Source: Waddliaceae bacterium
Lineage (GTDB): Bacteria; Chlamydiota; Chlamydiia; Chlamydiales; SLFE01
Direction: 5' to 3'
DNA length: 64,000 nucleotides
NCBI GenBank assembly: GCA_963771045.1
Contig: CAVYRW010000004.1
Span: 401,436-465,435 of the forward strand
Positions 38,701-46,881 of the stretch are shown here, in pieces. Position numbers and translations under genes: made by a program. Every line of letters starts with the position of its first letter. Position 1 is the stretch's first letter. Under the pieces are notes generated by a model. The model made no database searches. It was not told where the DNA came from and saw only the letters and a list, made by a program, of their open reading frames with translations.

Positions 38701-41594
38701 GTCTGCACACCTTCCATTTTAATCGAAATACTCAGTTCACAACATCCTATCTTCACTCGATTTTAGACGAACTGGATGCGATACAAAAGGAGGGGGGCTG
38801 TTTGATCATGACGAGCAAGAGCTTGCAATGCCTCATCTTGAAGTTTATCGAAATATCGCTCAAAGATTTGTTCAAAAATGAAACCTCTGAAGAGTTGAAG
38901 CTGATGACTCAAATTCTTCAAAGAATCAGGAAAAACGGCCACCCGTTGATTGACGAGGCCGACACGATCTTAAACGTCTTGCATCAAATATGCTACAGCA
39001 CGGGTAAGAAATTGAGTCCTGATTGCGATGAGATTAAGCTCATTTCTGAAATTTATGAGATTATTTATAGCGATAAAAAAATCAAAACCATCGCCAGGAT
39101 TGAAAGCAATCCTTCCTCGAAGTCAAATGCCGGCGTTCTTACAGAAAAGCTTTACCAGAATAAATTGAAGAAATTGATTGCGGCAAAAATTGTGTCGAAA
39201 TTGCAGTCAATGGAATTTTCTTCGGCTGAAAAAACAGAAAAGGTGAAGGATTTCTTCGGAAATTTAGAAGAAATGCCGTTGGCCGTCCGCTATCTTTTCC
39301 GGGACAGTAAAGAAAAGGAAAATATACAATCGTTTTATGACAAACAAGATCGCGATATTCAAAATATTCTCGCACTTTCTTCCGAAGTGATCAGTCGCCT
39401 TCTTCCCCATACGCTGACACGAAATTGCGATGAGAGGTATGGCCTGGATCAGAAAAATGGCGGAGCCATCGCGATTCCATTCGCTGCGGCCAATACTCCG
39501 AATATCGGCTCTCAGTTCGCCAATCATTATATCACGATGAACTACACTTTTCAGTACTATGTGAAAAAGGGAATTTCTCAAGAGATTATCGAACAGCAGA
39601 TCAAAAGGCTCCAAGGTGAGGCGCTTGGTGAATTGAAAGAAGAGGGCAGAGGCGCTAACCTTGAAAATACAAACGCATGGAAACAATTTCTCAAATTGAA
39701 AGGAGATATCGATATCACCCTTTTCAATTATAACAAGCGGCAGCTGCAGTCTCTTATCGCATATGTCAACAGCTCCCGAAAGCATAAACTGAGCTTCATA
39801 TCGGAGATTATCCTTCCGGAGGTGCAGCTTTTCTCTCAAAAGCTCGCGTGCAACTCTCATAATCTGATCGACTTTTTTCTTAAAGCTTCAGGCTTTACCG
39901 GTACCCTTTGGAATGCCAGCAGCATGCATCGTAAGCTAAGTCCCGAGCCTGAGGAGGGGACCGACGCGAAAACGTTAAAACTTCTTTGGGAAAACAAATT
40001 AAATGCCGTCCATTCAATACAAGAGGGGTCTGTTTCCGATAGGCTCAAATGGCTGAAGAAGCAAAACATATCCTACGATCTCATCAGCGATGCCGGCGGC
40101 TACTTTAAGGAAGGAGGAAATGCCCGCATTGCGTGTGAAATGTCAGCAATTCAGAACAAACCTGTTGTGTACTACAACACAAATAATGAACAGGTGGAAT
40201 TTTTTAATGGCAAAGAGGTGCCTCTTGCCGAGTCCAAAACGGCAATTGAGGATCGGTGCACATTCCTCGACCAATCCCACACAACCGGAGCCGATGTCAA
40301 ACAGAAAAAAGACGCCGTTGGCCTCGTGACAATCGGCCGCAATATGCTCCTTCGTGATCTGCTGCAAAGCGTGTGGCGTCTTCGCGGATTGGATAAATCG
40401 CAGCGTGTGAAATTTCTCGTTTCATGCGAAGTGGAATCCATTATCAGGCAGTCTCTTTCTATTTCAAACGACAAGACTTTGTCTTTTGGCGAAATCCTGG
40501 AGTTTACGATTGTCAATCAGGCAAGGCAGCAAGGCAAGGATAATTTCAAAGCTTTGAGGCAGGAGCTCAAAACCCTCTCGCAATCGATACTCTTAAATTC
40601 CCTGCTCAGCCAAGAGCTCACCCTGCAAGAGAAAAGAGCGGCCTCTGAATTTCTTACAAAAGAGTGGATCGAATCATCTGCTCTTGAGCCGAGAGATATC
40701 TATGGAATAATACCTTCGAAAGCTCCAAGCCAAGACGTTCTTTTACAAGAAAAGAAGAAGGCAGAAGAGCATATTCAAAAGATTATCAGGGGCCTTCCGT
40801 TCTTAGAAGAGAAGGAAATTATCCCAACCGATATTTTTGAACAAATCGACAACATAACCTCAAGACTTGAGGGTTTGCTCCCAAGAGAAGTTACTGTTCC
40901 TATTAGAGAGCTCGACGATGATCAGACTGTTGAAATCGAGCAGGAAACCGAGCAGGAGAATCAAACCCAAATTCAGGTGCAGTCTCATCAAATTGATCAA
41001 GAAGTGAAACTGGGACAAATAAATTGTCCCGGAAAATATAAGTTTTCAGATGACATTTCCAACGAATTGTTCCCCGGGAAAGAAGGCCCGTCTTACTATC
41101 AAGATCTGCCCTGCTTTCCTCTCAAAGCCTATTTGGAAAACGATCCGGTTCTTAAAGATTATGTTTCTGCCTTCGAGGGGATTTACGCGACGCTCAATGT
41201 TTTTGAATGGCCTGAGGAAAAACCCGATATCAGTGATCTCAAATTGCTCGGCGCCTGCCGCACCCCGTTTCACTTTGTTCAAGTTTTTGACAATGATGAC
41301 ATCCTGATTCTATCACATAACGAATCCTCTGCCAAGGATCACTACAACCTGACCTTCGGATTTTACGACAAAAAGCGCGCTGTTTCCCTTGAGCTGCTTA
41401 AAAATATCGTCAAAGTTAAATTCTTGAATGGAGATTCTGACTTCACCAAAAAAGAGTTGAAGATCCTCAAATCCTGGATTGAGTTCCATGGAGCTGAAAA
41501 AATGCAGTATCTATATGAACATCATATTCTCAACGGATTCCCCGAAAAAGCGGCTTGCTATGCAAACAGTCAGCTCCGACGAATTTGGCAGTAA
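32787..41594 (+). CDS. 2935-aa protein: N-terminal protease-like domain plus C-terminal DUF3638-like SF2 helicase/ATPase
   Basis: H227/N247/Q340/C345 motifs; MGSGKS (38550), IDEAD (38952), SGFTGT, DQSHTTGAD, QSVWRLR. Confidence 0.75.
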   Translation: MTINSKNNKYFNHLGAAVKCIEVKSKGRSAVKNLFFKQMLMLKRLFYFFRFGVWFNNKKGRKIVLLYIWETKKDQKSSEQNEKVKKIFEKLSVLKNGTYTKDIECSLIDTVFEDDERGYTAAQGMPVPTAKLLFHIHADEFGANNKSLEGSTALPNLEYLYLFLKKKEKQTGEDYGMSQEICDELAEAVCLEQSKNFTADAAKAIDRAFKKRKRVLFKGGWTGSPGHAIYYEIIPDTSSTASVRFYNLGGGVNRHSAKFSGGKVKYSPYIEFSGVSKERLLDKNHLKIIHELKTVVLHPNTANKTEFNEKDIYEGLVGILKPESAKEDFTCSETLFKTTQHSGICAWRSLMAFMSARLEGDQYKKFIIDIKMQSLADKTEAISSKTLTINEWRLASKSYQKLCRSVAKAYDRGIIGGRYMARAQLQLAKSESAINESKKNIFPASPGVAALKAPRWPSSKVKKSYFLTESLENKAQGITSKGESFPCSYVVDKINKAKSKYTPQGLKRVLEIAQKASENGEHHAVHIALNRYISSWPIDKGKNDGNDLETAKEMINDLGKIARLFFKESLHIPSADNVRPDSLYCLVKILYLQKKLLENEFNDMPFLRNVMKKYDIYFLLNDARKNHEYSKILYNLVGYTVMPKYTFDSSKDVGKSSHLQFENEEKGLSGFARKQFLDIKTQLSKNDPDFKHLPQSGQDARLFTSDKLPAWFQGLRDTLLYVHILQNEPIATPSSENLDLSWEFACRDVKDYNDKDVCKVDFGVKGLTGDLLKKYPALKEFRYKPELRYSWLLRPIKSEKLQRFVRFLCSINYNYNEKKVLADFKLGKEMGFSDEAFKELTHIFLRGKFNISEGFEYFLKHPEKLRDPDYQVLFQLIFFHRSKLHNECLINDFSDLFTDFLRNQYLNCLEENDIQTSVFLLRMLRLVSEFSDQNQSMDLYIGKLRAISRRNGLSIDEKGVIFGELIVCLGKKDQLSDQDIKDLLTGSVYLQENPVCSRWKCPQTEKEVIEALHIHAKQIADALDPKERGDGHKLLNYVSHFMRGTGDQQWQGSFPCFKTQDGRHVYYPLAARLISENHETKLPEAIRNHPDFRQLFTGIERAVSLKNGVYQFRGKHGFKTLIYLDNKNRLSIEQVRGDERYRFIPREAFSIEKKNALISRHLQDNFHHWQPLASPNRIEIVDPESEMTVYRAHQKNGRLKKIEMVKENFKLSLPSKVFTRFESPMYIQQWYNGRKKFARCELPRFNLSFIPDAKDSSKLLCDRFIDEGYYLSSKSHIPYLGSFQHYLILENPEGKLKVLIPKRDLRKNEKQKESLQPLFEFDMKCAAEDNAKQQYEVYDVDKSAALTSSSQESRLYLALILAAVQEYESAAKILETSGRKLSSYTPSQESLLSQLMNMKQYTGDASGNGIVLRLYASYLLVKNKVNSNLDVPSSSDPIIREALLKAWEHDHNITALRLKRHEELFVLKYLLGKEFNASLFVRLKQLDPDYAKRYRHPDVPFQEELSQIFVDLRQRLKNDSPPCLYTRYDQSNWKNLTTKNVLLTRINEDLKDRFFAFYDLAIHGPEDEKKWLKIALEFGKHQEKGEEWRELFARILDNPEKFPPLPDSSQNSREWFRGVVETAEPRLILKNQTEKKSWLPSEVAEEKAELPVEFKVSYHFEAAQTFRQTLDSKKCFLVKEAAQEINRGLNNWFEMKLKNPAIDEQLFIQEIKRLKNDQYAYVKNAATQVYSLNPGAETTIAKILNEGAQEKENQLKKLEIEILSLANRPPKSAQEKAYHFLLLGGRNRKVITLEELLVAFGKHSPASLKKQNPALTESEIETILNKVGDYLILATREQQRLRAKKIFEKFKNCPKEDKEDKNDYRQLLAMELMVERKYVPNAHPAYLVFEYYADILLRPMQVDKLSSFLQEKDQNPVMEMIMGSGKSKVLLPLLGLLRADGETISTLVVPKPLFESVSADTQKYLQEAFSQRLHTFHFNRNTQFTTSYLHSILDELDAIQKEGGCLIMTSKSLQCLILKFIEISLKDLFKNETSEELKLMTQILQRIRKNGHPLIDEADTILNVLHQICYSTGKKLSPDCDEIKLISEIYEIIYSDKKIKTIARIESNPSSKSNAGVLTEKLYQNKLKKLIAAKIVSKLQSMEFSSAEKTEKVKDFFGNLEEMPLAVRYLFRDSKEKENIQSFYDKQDRDIQNILALSSEVISRLLPHTLTRNCDERYGLDQKNGGAIAIPFAAANTPNIGSQFANHYITMNYTFQYYVKKGISQEIIEQQIKRLQGEALGELKEEGRGANLENTNAWKQFLKLKGDIDITLFNYNKRQLQSLIAYVNSSRKHKLSFISEIILPEVQLFSQKLACNSHNLIDFFLKASGFTGTLWNASSMHRKLSPEPEEGTDAKTLKLLWENKLNAVHSIQEGSVSDRLKWLKKQNISYDLISDAGGYFKEGGNARIACEMSAIQNKPVVYYNTNNEQVEFFNGKEVPLAESKTAIEDRCTFLDQSHTTGADVKQKKDAVGLVTIGRNMLLRDLLQSVWRLRGLDKSQRVKFLVSCEVESIIRQSLSISNDKTLSFGEILEFTIVNQARQQGKDNFKALRQELKTLSQSILLNSLLSQELTLQEKRAASEFLTKEWIESSALEPRDIYGIIPSKAPSQDVLLQEKKKAEEHIQKIIRGLPFLEEKEIIPTDIFEQIDNITSRLEGLLPREVTVPIRELDDDQTVEIEQETEQENQTQIQVQSHQIDQEVKLGQINCPGKYKFSDDISNELFPGKEGPSYYQDLPCFPLKAYLENDPVLKDYVSAFEGIYATLNVFEWPEEKPDISDLKLLGACRTPFHFVQVFDNDDILILSHNESSAKDHYNLTFGFYDKKRAVSLELLKNIVKVKFLNGDSDFTKKELKILKSWIEFHGAEKMQYLYEHHILNGFPEKAACYANSQLRRIWQ

Positions 41595-41838
41595 GTTCGG
41601 TATATGTTCGGTTATTTGTGTTAAATGGTTGGATTTGAGCCTCTTTTTGTGTGGATAATCTGTCAGCAACTTGTCGGTATCGGTTCATAACTCTTGGTAT
41701 ATAAGGATTTTTACACTCCTTATGGAAAACAATCACAACTCATAACATTCAGATAATCAGAATGATATGATTCATTTCCCTAGGGCGTGCTAGGAAGCGC
41801 TGGAAGAGGACGAATGTAAATAAATGATTGTTGATAAC

Positions 41839-42546
41839 TTAAGGATATTTGTTGGGAGAAATGGCGCCGCTGCCGGAATCGACGACACGAACATTGGTTT
41901 TTCCCGCCATCGCCTTCACCCTCATCCAGTAAGGAAAATAGGAAGGGTATCTATTGGATTCACTGGGAATGTAGATGTGGAGAAGCTTGCCCGACATTTC
42001 GCTGCCGTCATTCGGCCATTTAGCTCCCCAGGCGTCGAAGTAAACGCCGGGGACAATCTGCCCATTCACAACCATGCGCGGGTGCCACAGACGTCTGTTT
42101 CCGTCGGATGTGTCGACAAAGCGCCGTTGATTCATCGGCAGCGGGTAAAAGGGAAGGTTGATCAGTTTTGTGAAAAGGTTGTCTGTTTCGGAAAGGTTCA
42201 TCCAGCTTTGGCGGGGAAAGGAATACATGTCCTGAATCCTTCCGTCTAGCAAATCGATTTTGTAGGCAAGCCATGCCGTATGGTTCGGCGCTCCCGATTC
42301 TATCCAGGACCGCCATGAAGGGGTCCAGTCCGGGAATCTTGCCCCGGGGATGGTGATTTCCTGTACCAGTAGAGAGTTATCGTCCTTATCTTGAATAAAA
42401 AGCATGGTATAGTTTTTATTGCGGCAGGTGACAAGATAATCGCCCGGCTTGGCTTTTTTCAGATTATCTCTTAAGACCAAAGAATCTGAAAATACAGTTA
42501 ATGGACTTAAAATTAATAAGATAAGAATGAATAATCGAGTTTTCAT
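41839..42546 (-). CDS. Exported hypothetical protein
   Basis: Signal peptide MKTRLFILILLILSPLTVFS; 235-aa open frame. Confidence 0.7.
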   Translation of the reverse strand: MKTRLFILILLILSPLTVFSDSLVLRDNLKKAKPGDYLVTCRNKNYTMLFIQDKDDNSLLVQEITIPGARFPDWTPSWRSWIESGAPNHTAWLAYKIDLLDGRIQDMYSFPRQSWMNLSETDNLFTKLINLPFYPLPMNQRRFVDTSDGNRRLWHPRMVVNGQIVPGVYFDAWGAKWPNDGSEMSGKLLHIYIPSESNRYPSYFPYWMRVKAMAGKTNVRVVDSGSGAISPNKYP

Positions 42547-42616
42547 AACTAATTGCCTCGGATGTTGAATTCTAGTTTAATCGATAGTATGAATAAATAT
42601 AAGATATAAAACGGAA

Positions 42617-42979
42617 TTGAAAATGAAATTTTTTTTAGCACTGATCCTGACTTGTTTATTGGTTCTATCTTGCGAGCCCGATAAAAAAGAGCCGGTGAAT
42701 CCGGATTATGCCAGCCTTCCTAAAGAGCAGCGGGAGGTCGTCATCAAGATCGATAAAGAAATCGACAAGCTTCAAAATGAAATGGGAAAAAATATGACCG
42801 GTTTCGATAAAGAGGAAGAGCAGGGGGAGGGAGAAGTCCACGGAAACTGGCAGAAGTTTAGCGTGTCTGAAAAAGCGGCGTCAAAGAATCAGCAACAAAC
42901 GGCTCGCATTAAGGAGCGTATTATCGAATTGCAGCAGAAAAAAATAAAAATTCTGGAAGATCGGACTCCTCAAAAATAA
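42617..42979 (+). CDS. Putative lipoprotein, coiled coil
   Basis: Lipobox LVLS-C. Confidence 0.7.
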   Translation: MKMKFFLALILTCLLVLSCEPDKKEPVNPDYASLPKEQREVVIKIDKEIDKLQNEMGKNMTGFDKEEEQGEGEVHGNWQKFSVSEKAASKNQQQTARIKERIIELQQKKIKILEDRTPQK

Positions 42980-43003
42980 AACGATCAGGTTAAAATATTA
43001 GTC

Positions 43004-44476
43004 ATGAAACTCCGCGATCTTTACAAAGACTCACTTTCTTTGCTCACCGATTTCTATCAACTGACCATGGCGGCAAGCTACTGGAAAGAGGGCTTAAAAG
43101 ATTCCGAAGCGGTCTATCACTTGCATTTTAGAAAAAATCCCTTCAAAGGGGGATTCGCCATAGCTGCGGGGCTTGATTCGGTGATCGAGTTTTTGAAAGA
43201 TTTTCATTTCGACAGTTCTGATCTGGACTATCTTTCGGGGATAAAAGATTTTGACGGCAATCGCTATTTCGATGATGGATTTCTTAAGTATTTGTCGGAA
43301 ATGCAATTTACCTGCGACGTCGATGCAGTCCCTGAGGGAACGGTTGTTTTCCCTCAGGAATCCTTAGTGAGAGTCAAAGGGCCGATCATTCAATGCCAGA
43401 TACTGGAAAGCCCTCTCTTGAACCTTGTCAATTTCCCGACGCTTGTCGCAACGAAAGGCGCGCGCGTCGCTATGGCGGCCGGCAAAGATACGGTTATGGA
43501 GTTTGGACTGAGGCGGGCTCAGGGTATCGACGGGGCGATTACCGCTAGCCGCTCTTCTTATATCGGGGGGTGTCATTCCACTTCGAATGTCCTTGCCGGA
43601 AAGATGTACGGCATCCCTGTGAGCGGAACGCACGCTCATAGCTGGATTATGGCCTTCGACGAAGAGATCGAGTCATTTTACGCCTTTGCAAGGGCCATGC
43701 CGGGCAATACCATATTTTTGGTCGACACTTATGACACGATCGAAGGTATTCGAAATGCGGTTGAAGTCGGAAAATGGCTGAAAGAAAACGGCAGAAATTT
43801 CTATGGCATCCGGCTGGATTCCGGAGACCTGGCCTATCTGAGCATGCAGGCGAGAAAAATGCTCGATGAGGCCGGATTTGAAAGCACAAAAGTCGTGGGG
43901 AGCAATGAGCTCGATGAAACTGTGATTTCCGATCTCAAAAAACAGGGAGCCAAAATTGGCGTGTGGGGTGTGGGAACGAATTTGGCTGCGGCTAAAGATC
44001 AACCGGCTTTGGATGGGGTTTATAAGCTGTCTGCCATCAAGCACAAGGGCAGAGACTGGCAGCACAAGCTGAAACTTTCCGAACAGATGATTAAAATTTC
44101 CAACCCCGGAATTCTTCAGGTGCGCAGGTTTTCAGGCGAATACGGCAATATCGCCGATATCATTTATGATGAACTCCTCGGCATTCCTCAGCAGTGGACT
44201 GTTGTCGACCCCTTGGATCCGACAAGGCAAAAAACAATGCCTGAAAATTCCAAGGGCGAAGATCTTCTGGAGCCGATCTTCCGAAAGGGAAAGCTCTGCT
44301 GCCGGCAGCCCTCTATCCATGAAATTAGAGAGAATACTTTAAGCAACCTCAAACAGTTTCATCCCGCCATCAAACGTTTTCTCAACCCTCACCAGTATGT
44401 TGTGGGGCTTGAAAAGAATCTTTACCGTTTGAAGGTGGATATTATTAATGACATCAGAGAAAAGGCGGGACAATGA
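43004..44476 (+). CDS. pncB: Nicotinate phosphoribosyltransferase
   Basis: LLTDFYQLTM, EFGLRRAQG, GTHAHSW, LVDTYD, GIRLDSGDL. Confidence 0.95.
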   Translation: MKLRDLYKDSLSLLTDFYQLTMAASYWKEGLKDSEAVYHLHFRKNPFKGGFAIAAGLDSVIEFLKDFHFDSSDLDYLSGIKDFDGNRYFDDGFLKYLSEMQFTCDVDAVPEGTVVFPQESLVRVKGPIIQCQILESPLLNLVNFPTLVATKGARVAMAAGKDTVMEFGLRRAQGIDGAITASRSSYIGGCHSTSNVLAGKMYGIPVSGTHAHSWIMAFDEEIESFYAFARAMPGNTIFLVDTYDTIEGIRNAVEVGKWLKENGRNFYGIRLDSGDLAYLSMQARKMLDEAGFESTKVVGSNELDETVISDLKKQGAKIGVWGVGTNLAAAKDQPALDGVYKLSAIKHKGRDWQHKLKLSEQMIKISNPGILQVRRFSGEYGNIADIIYDELLGIPQQWTVVDPLDPTRQKTMPENSKGEDLLEPIFRKGKLCCRQPSIHEIRENTLSNLKQFHPAIKRFLNPHQYVVGLEKNLYRLKVDIINDIREKAGQ

Positions 44477-45087
44477 AAGCGCTGCTTCTTGTCGATTTGC
44501 AATATGATTTCTTTCCCGGCGGGGCATTGGCGGTGAAGGAGGGAGATAAGATACTTCCTGCTATCGACAAACTTCTCAAAATGGACTGGGATCTGATTAC
44601 CGCTTCACAAGACTGGCATCCTCCCGATCATAAAAGTTTTGCATCGATGCACAAGGGAAAAAAAGTCGGAGATAAAATTGATTTGGACGGGATTGAACAG
44701 ATTTTGTGGCCCGATCACTGCGTTCGAGACACTCGGGGCGCCGAGTTTTATCCCGGCTGGGATACCGAAAGAGTTGACAAAGTCTTTTGCAAAGGCGTCG
44801 ATACCAATGCTGACAGCTACAGCGCATTTTTTGACAACGGCCACCGTCGTTCTACAGGTCTTGGCCAGTATTTGAAAGAACGCAACATTACAGAAGTTTA
44901 TATTGCGGGGCTTGCTACGGATTATTGCGTGAAATTTTCTGTGTCCGATGCCCTGGAACTCGGCTTTAAAACCTACATTGTCATGGAAGGGGTAAAAGGG
45001 GTGAATCTTAAGCCGGAAGACTCTGAGCAAGCTCTCCGCACAATGCAGGAGAGGGGGGCGGTGCTTGTGAGCGTCCATGACCTCTGA
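44473..45087 (+). CDS. pncA: Nicotinamidase/pyrazinamidase
   Basis: VDLQYDFFPGGALAV, QDWHP..H.SF, WPDHCV, YSAFFDN, GLATDYCV. Confidence 0.95.
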   Translation: MKALLLVDLQYDFFPGGALAVKEGDKILPAIDKLLKMDWDLITASQDWHPPDHKSFASMHKGKKVGDKIDLDGIEQILWPDHCVRDTRGAEFYPGWDTERVDKVFCKGVDTNADSYSAFFDNGHRRSTGLGQYLKERNITEVYIAGLATDYCVKFSVSDALELGFKTYIVMEGVKGVNLKPEDSEQALRTMQERGAVLVSVHDL

Positions 45088-45349
45088 ACTTGTCGTCAAA
45101 ATCATTCCTAAAAGCAGCCAAAACGCGATAATCGGCTATGAAAACAACCTTTTGAAAATTAAAATCAAGGCAGTCCCCGAAAAAGGTAAAGCTAATGAGG
45201 AGCTGCTAAAATTCCTTTCAAAATCTCTCAAAGTCCCCAAAACCTCCATTGTTATCAAAAGCGGTCTAAGCGGGAGACAGAAGAGACTTGAATTTCAAAA
45301 TATCTCTCCCAAAGAGCTGGACTTTCGACTGCGGAATTTGTTAAAATAG
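45077..45349 (+). CDS. DUF167/YggU protein
   Basis: VKIIPKSSQN..KIKAVPEKGKANEEL..SGLSGRQK. Confidence 0.85.
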   Translation: MTSELVVKIIPKSSQNAIIGYENNLLKIKIKAVPEKGKANEELLKFLSKSLKVPKTSIVIKSGLSGRQKRLEFQNISPKELDFRLRNLLK

Positions 45350-45372
45350 CAGGACAACCAAGGATTTTTATT

Positions 45373-46881
45373 ATGCTGAGAAAAGGTTTATTTTTAATCA
45401 TTTTTATTTTTTCTTCCGGAAGCGTTTTCTCAGACGAGAATAAGTCCGAAAGCCTGTGCCCGTCCAAACCTGATTGCCTGGAAGAGAAAACCGAAACGAC
45501 TCAGCATGAAGCTAAAATCAATGGCCGTGCGATTAAATATACCGCGACTGCCGGCACAATCGTCTTGAGAAACAAGGAAGGCGAGGGCGAAGCGAGCATT
45601 TTTTATGTCGCCTATACAAAAAATAATGAAAACGACCTCTCGAAAAGACCTGTTACATTCTGCTTCAATGGCGGTCCGGGTTCTTCTTCCGTTTGGCTCC
45701 ATCTGGGAGCGCTTGGCCCGAGGCGCCTTGCGATGAATGTCGACGGAACCCCCGAGAGGCCTTATCATCTTGTTGACAACGAATATTCCCTGCTCGATAT
45801 CACCGATCTTGTTTTCGTCGACCCCGTATCCACCGGCTACAGCCGCGTCGCCCCGGATGTCGAGGCGAACAAATTTCATGGCGTTGAACAGGACATCAAG
45901 TCTGTCGGGGAATTCATTCGCCTCTATACAACGCAAAACGGAAGGTGGACGTCACCTAAGTTTATCGCCGGGGAAAGCTACGGAACGACGCGGGCAACAG
46001 GCCTTGCGAGCTATCTCTATGACAATACGCGCATGGAAATGAACGGCATTTTGCTGATCTCTGCGGTTCTCGACTTTCAGGCTTATTATTTTTCCATGGG
46101 CAACGATTTGCCCTATATAACCTTTCTCCCCACTTATTCCAATATAGCCTGGTATCACAAAAAGCTCGATAAAGATTTGCTTCAAAACTTCTTTAAGACA
46201 CAAGAAGAAGTGAAAGAGTTTGCTTTAGGGGAATATGCCAGCGCTCTTGTACAGGGAAACCGTTTGAAAGAAAAGGAAAGAAACCGCATTGCCGAAAAGC
46301 TGTCCAGATACACCGGTCTCGACAAAAACTACATTCTCAAGTCAGACCTTAGGGTGAATATGGCCAGCTTTGTTAAAAAATTGATGAATGGGGAGGACCG
46401 CCTGGTCAGCCGCTTCGACGGCCGCATGCTGGGCATTGACGAGGATCCGACATCATCGAGGGTTTCGTATGATCCCATGCTGTCGCTCATTGCCCCTGCG
46501 TTTACATCCACAATGAATCAATATCTTCAAGGCGAGCTGAACTGGAAAGAGACCCGCGAGTATGAAATCCTGGCCATGGGGCTCTATCCCAAGTGGGATT
46601 GGAGCAAAGCCAAGAACCAATACCTCAATATGAATGAAGACCTTCTTGACCTCATGTCGCAAAACCCCCACTTCCGCGTCTTTGTCGCAAGCGGCTACTA
46701 CGACCTGGCGACTCCTTTCGAGGCGACCGACTATACATTCGCCCATCTGCCGATCGACCCGATCCTAGAGCGTAACATCACGATCAGATATTACGACGCC
46801 GGCCATATGATGTATATTCATAAGCCGTCTCTTGTGAAACTCAAAAGGGATATGGCCGACTTTGTGAGGGGGTCTCTGTAA
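45373..46881 (+). CDS. S10 serine carboxypeptidase, exported
   Basis: FNGGPGSSS, DPVSTGYS, GESYG, GYYDLATP, AGHMMY. Confidence 0.92.
   Translation: MLRKGLFLIIFIFSSGSVFSDENKSESLCPSKPDCLEEKTETTQHEAKINGRAIKYTATAGTIVLRNKEGEGEASIFYVAYTKNNENDLSKRPVTFCFNGGPGSSSVWLHLGALGPRRLAMNVDGTPERPYHLVDNEYSLLDITDLVFVDPVSTGYSRVAPDVEANKFHGVEQDIKSVGEFIRLYTTQNGRWTSPKFIAGESYGTTRATGLASYLYDNTRMEMNGILLISAVLDFQAYYFSMGNDLPYITFLPTYSNIAWYHKKLDKDLLQNFFKTQEEVKEFALGEYASALVQGNRLKEKERNRIAEKLSRYTGLDKNYILKSDLRVNMASFVKKLMNGEDRLVSRFDGRMLGIDEDPTSSRVSYDPMLSLIAPAFTSTMNQYLQGELNWKETREYEILAMGLYPKWDWSKAKNQYLNMNEDLLDLMSQNPHFRVFVASGYYDLATPFEATDYTFAHLPIDPILERNITIRYYDAGHMMYIHKPSLVKLKRDMADFVRGSL

Noticed and set aside
41594-41660. oriC or dif site between convergent genes (perfect DnaA box TGTGGATAA at 41650-41658; XerD-arm-like TTGTGTTAAAT at 41616-41626)
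   Set aside because: Only one DnaA box, and no matching XerC arm at 6-bp spacing
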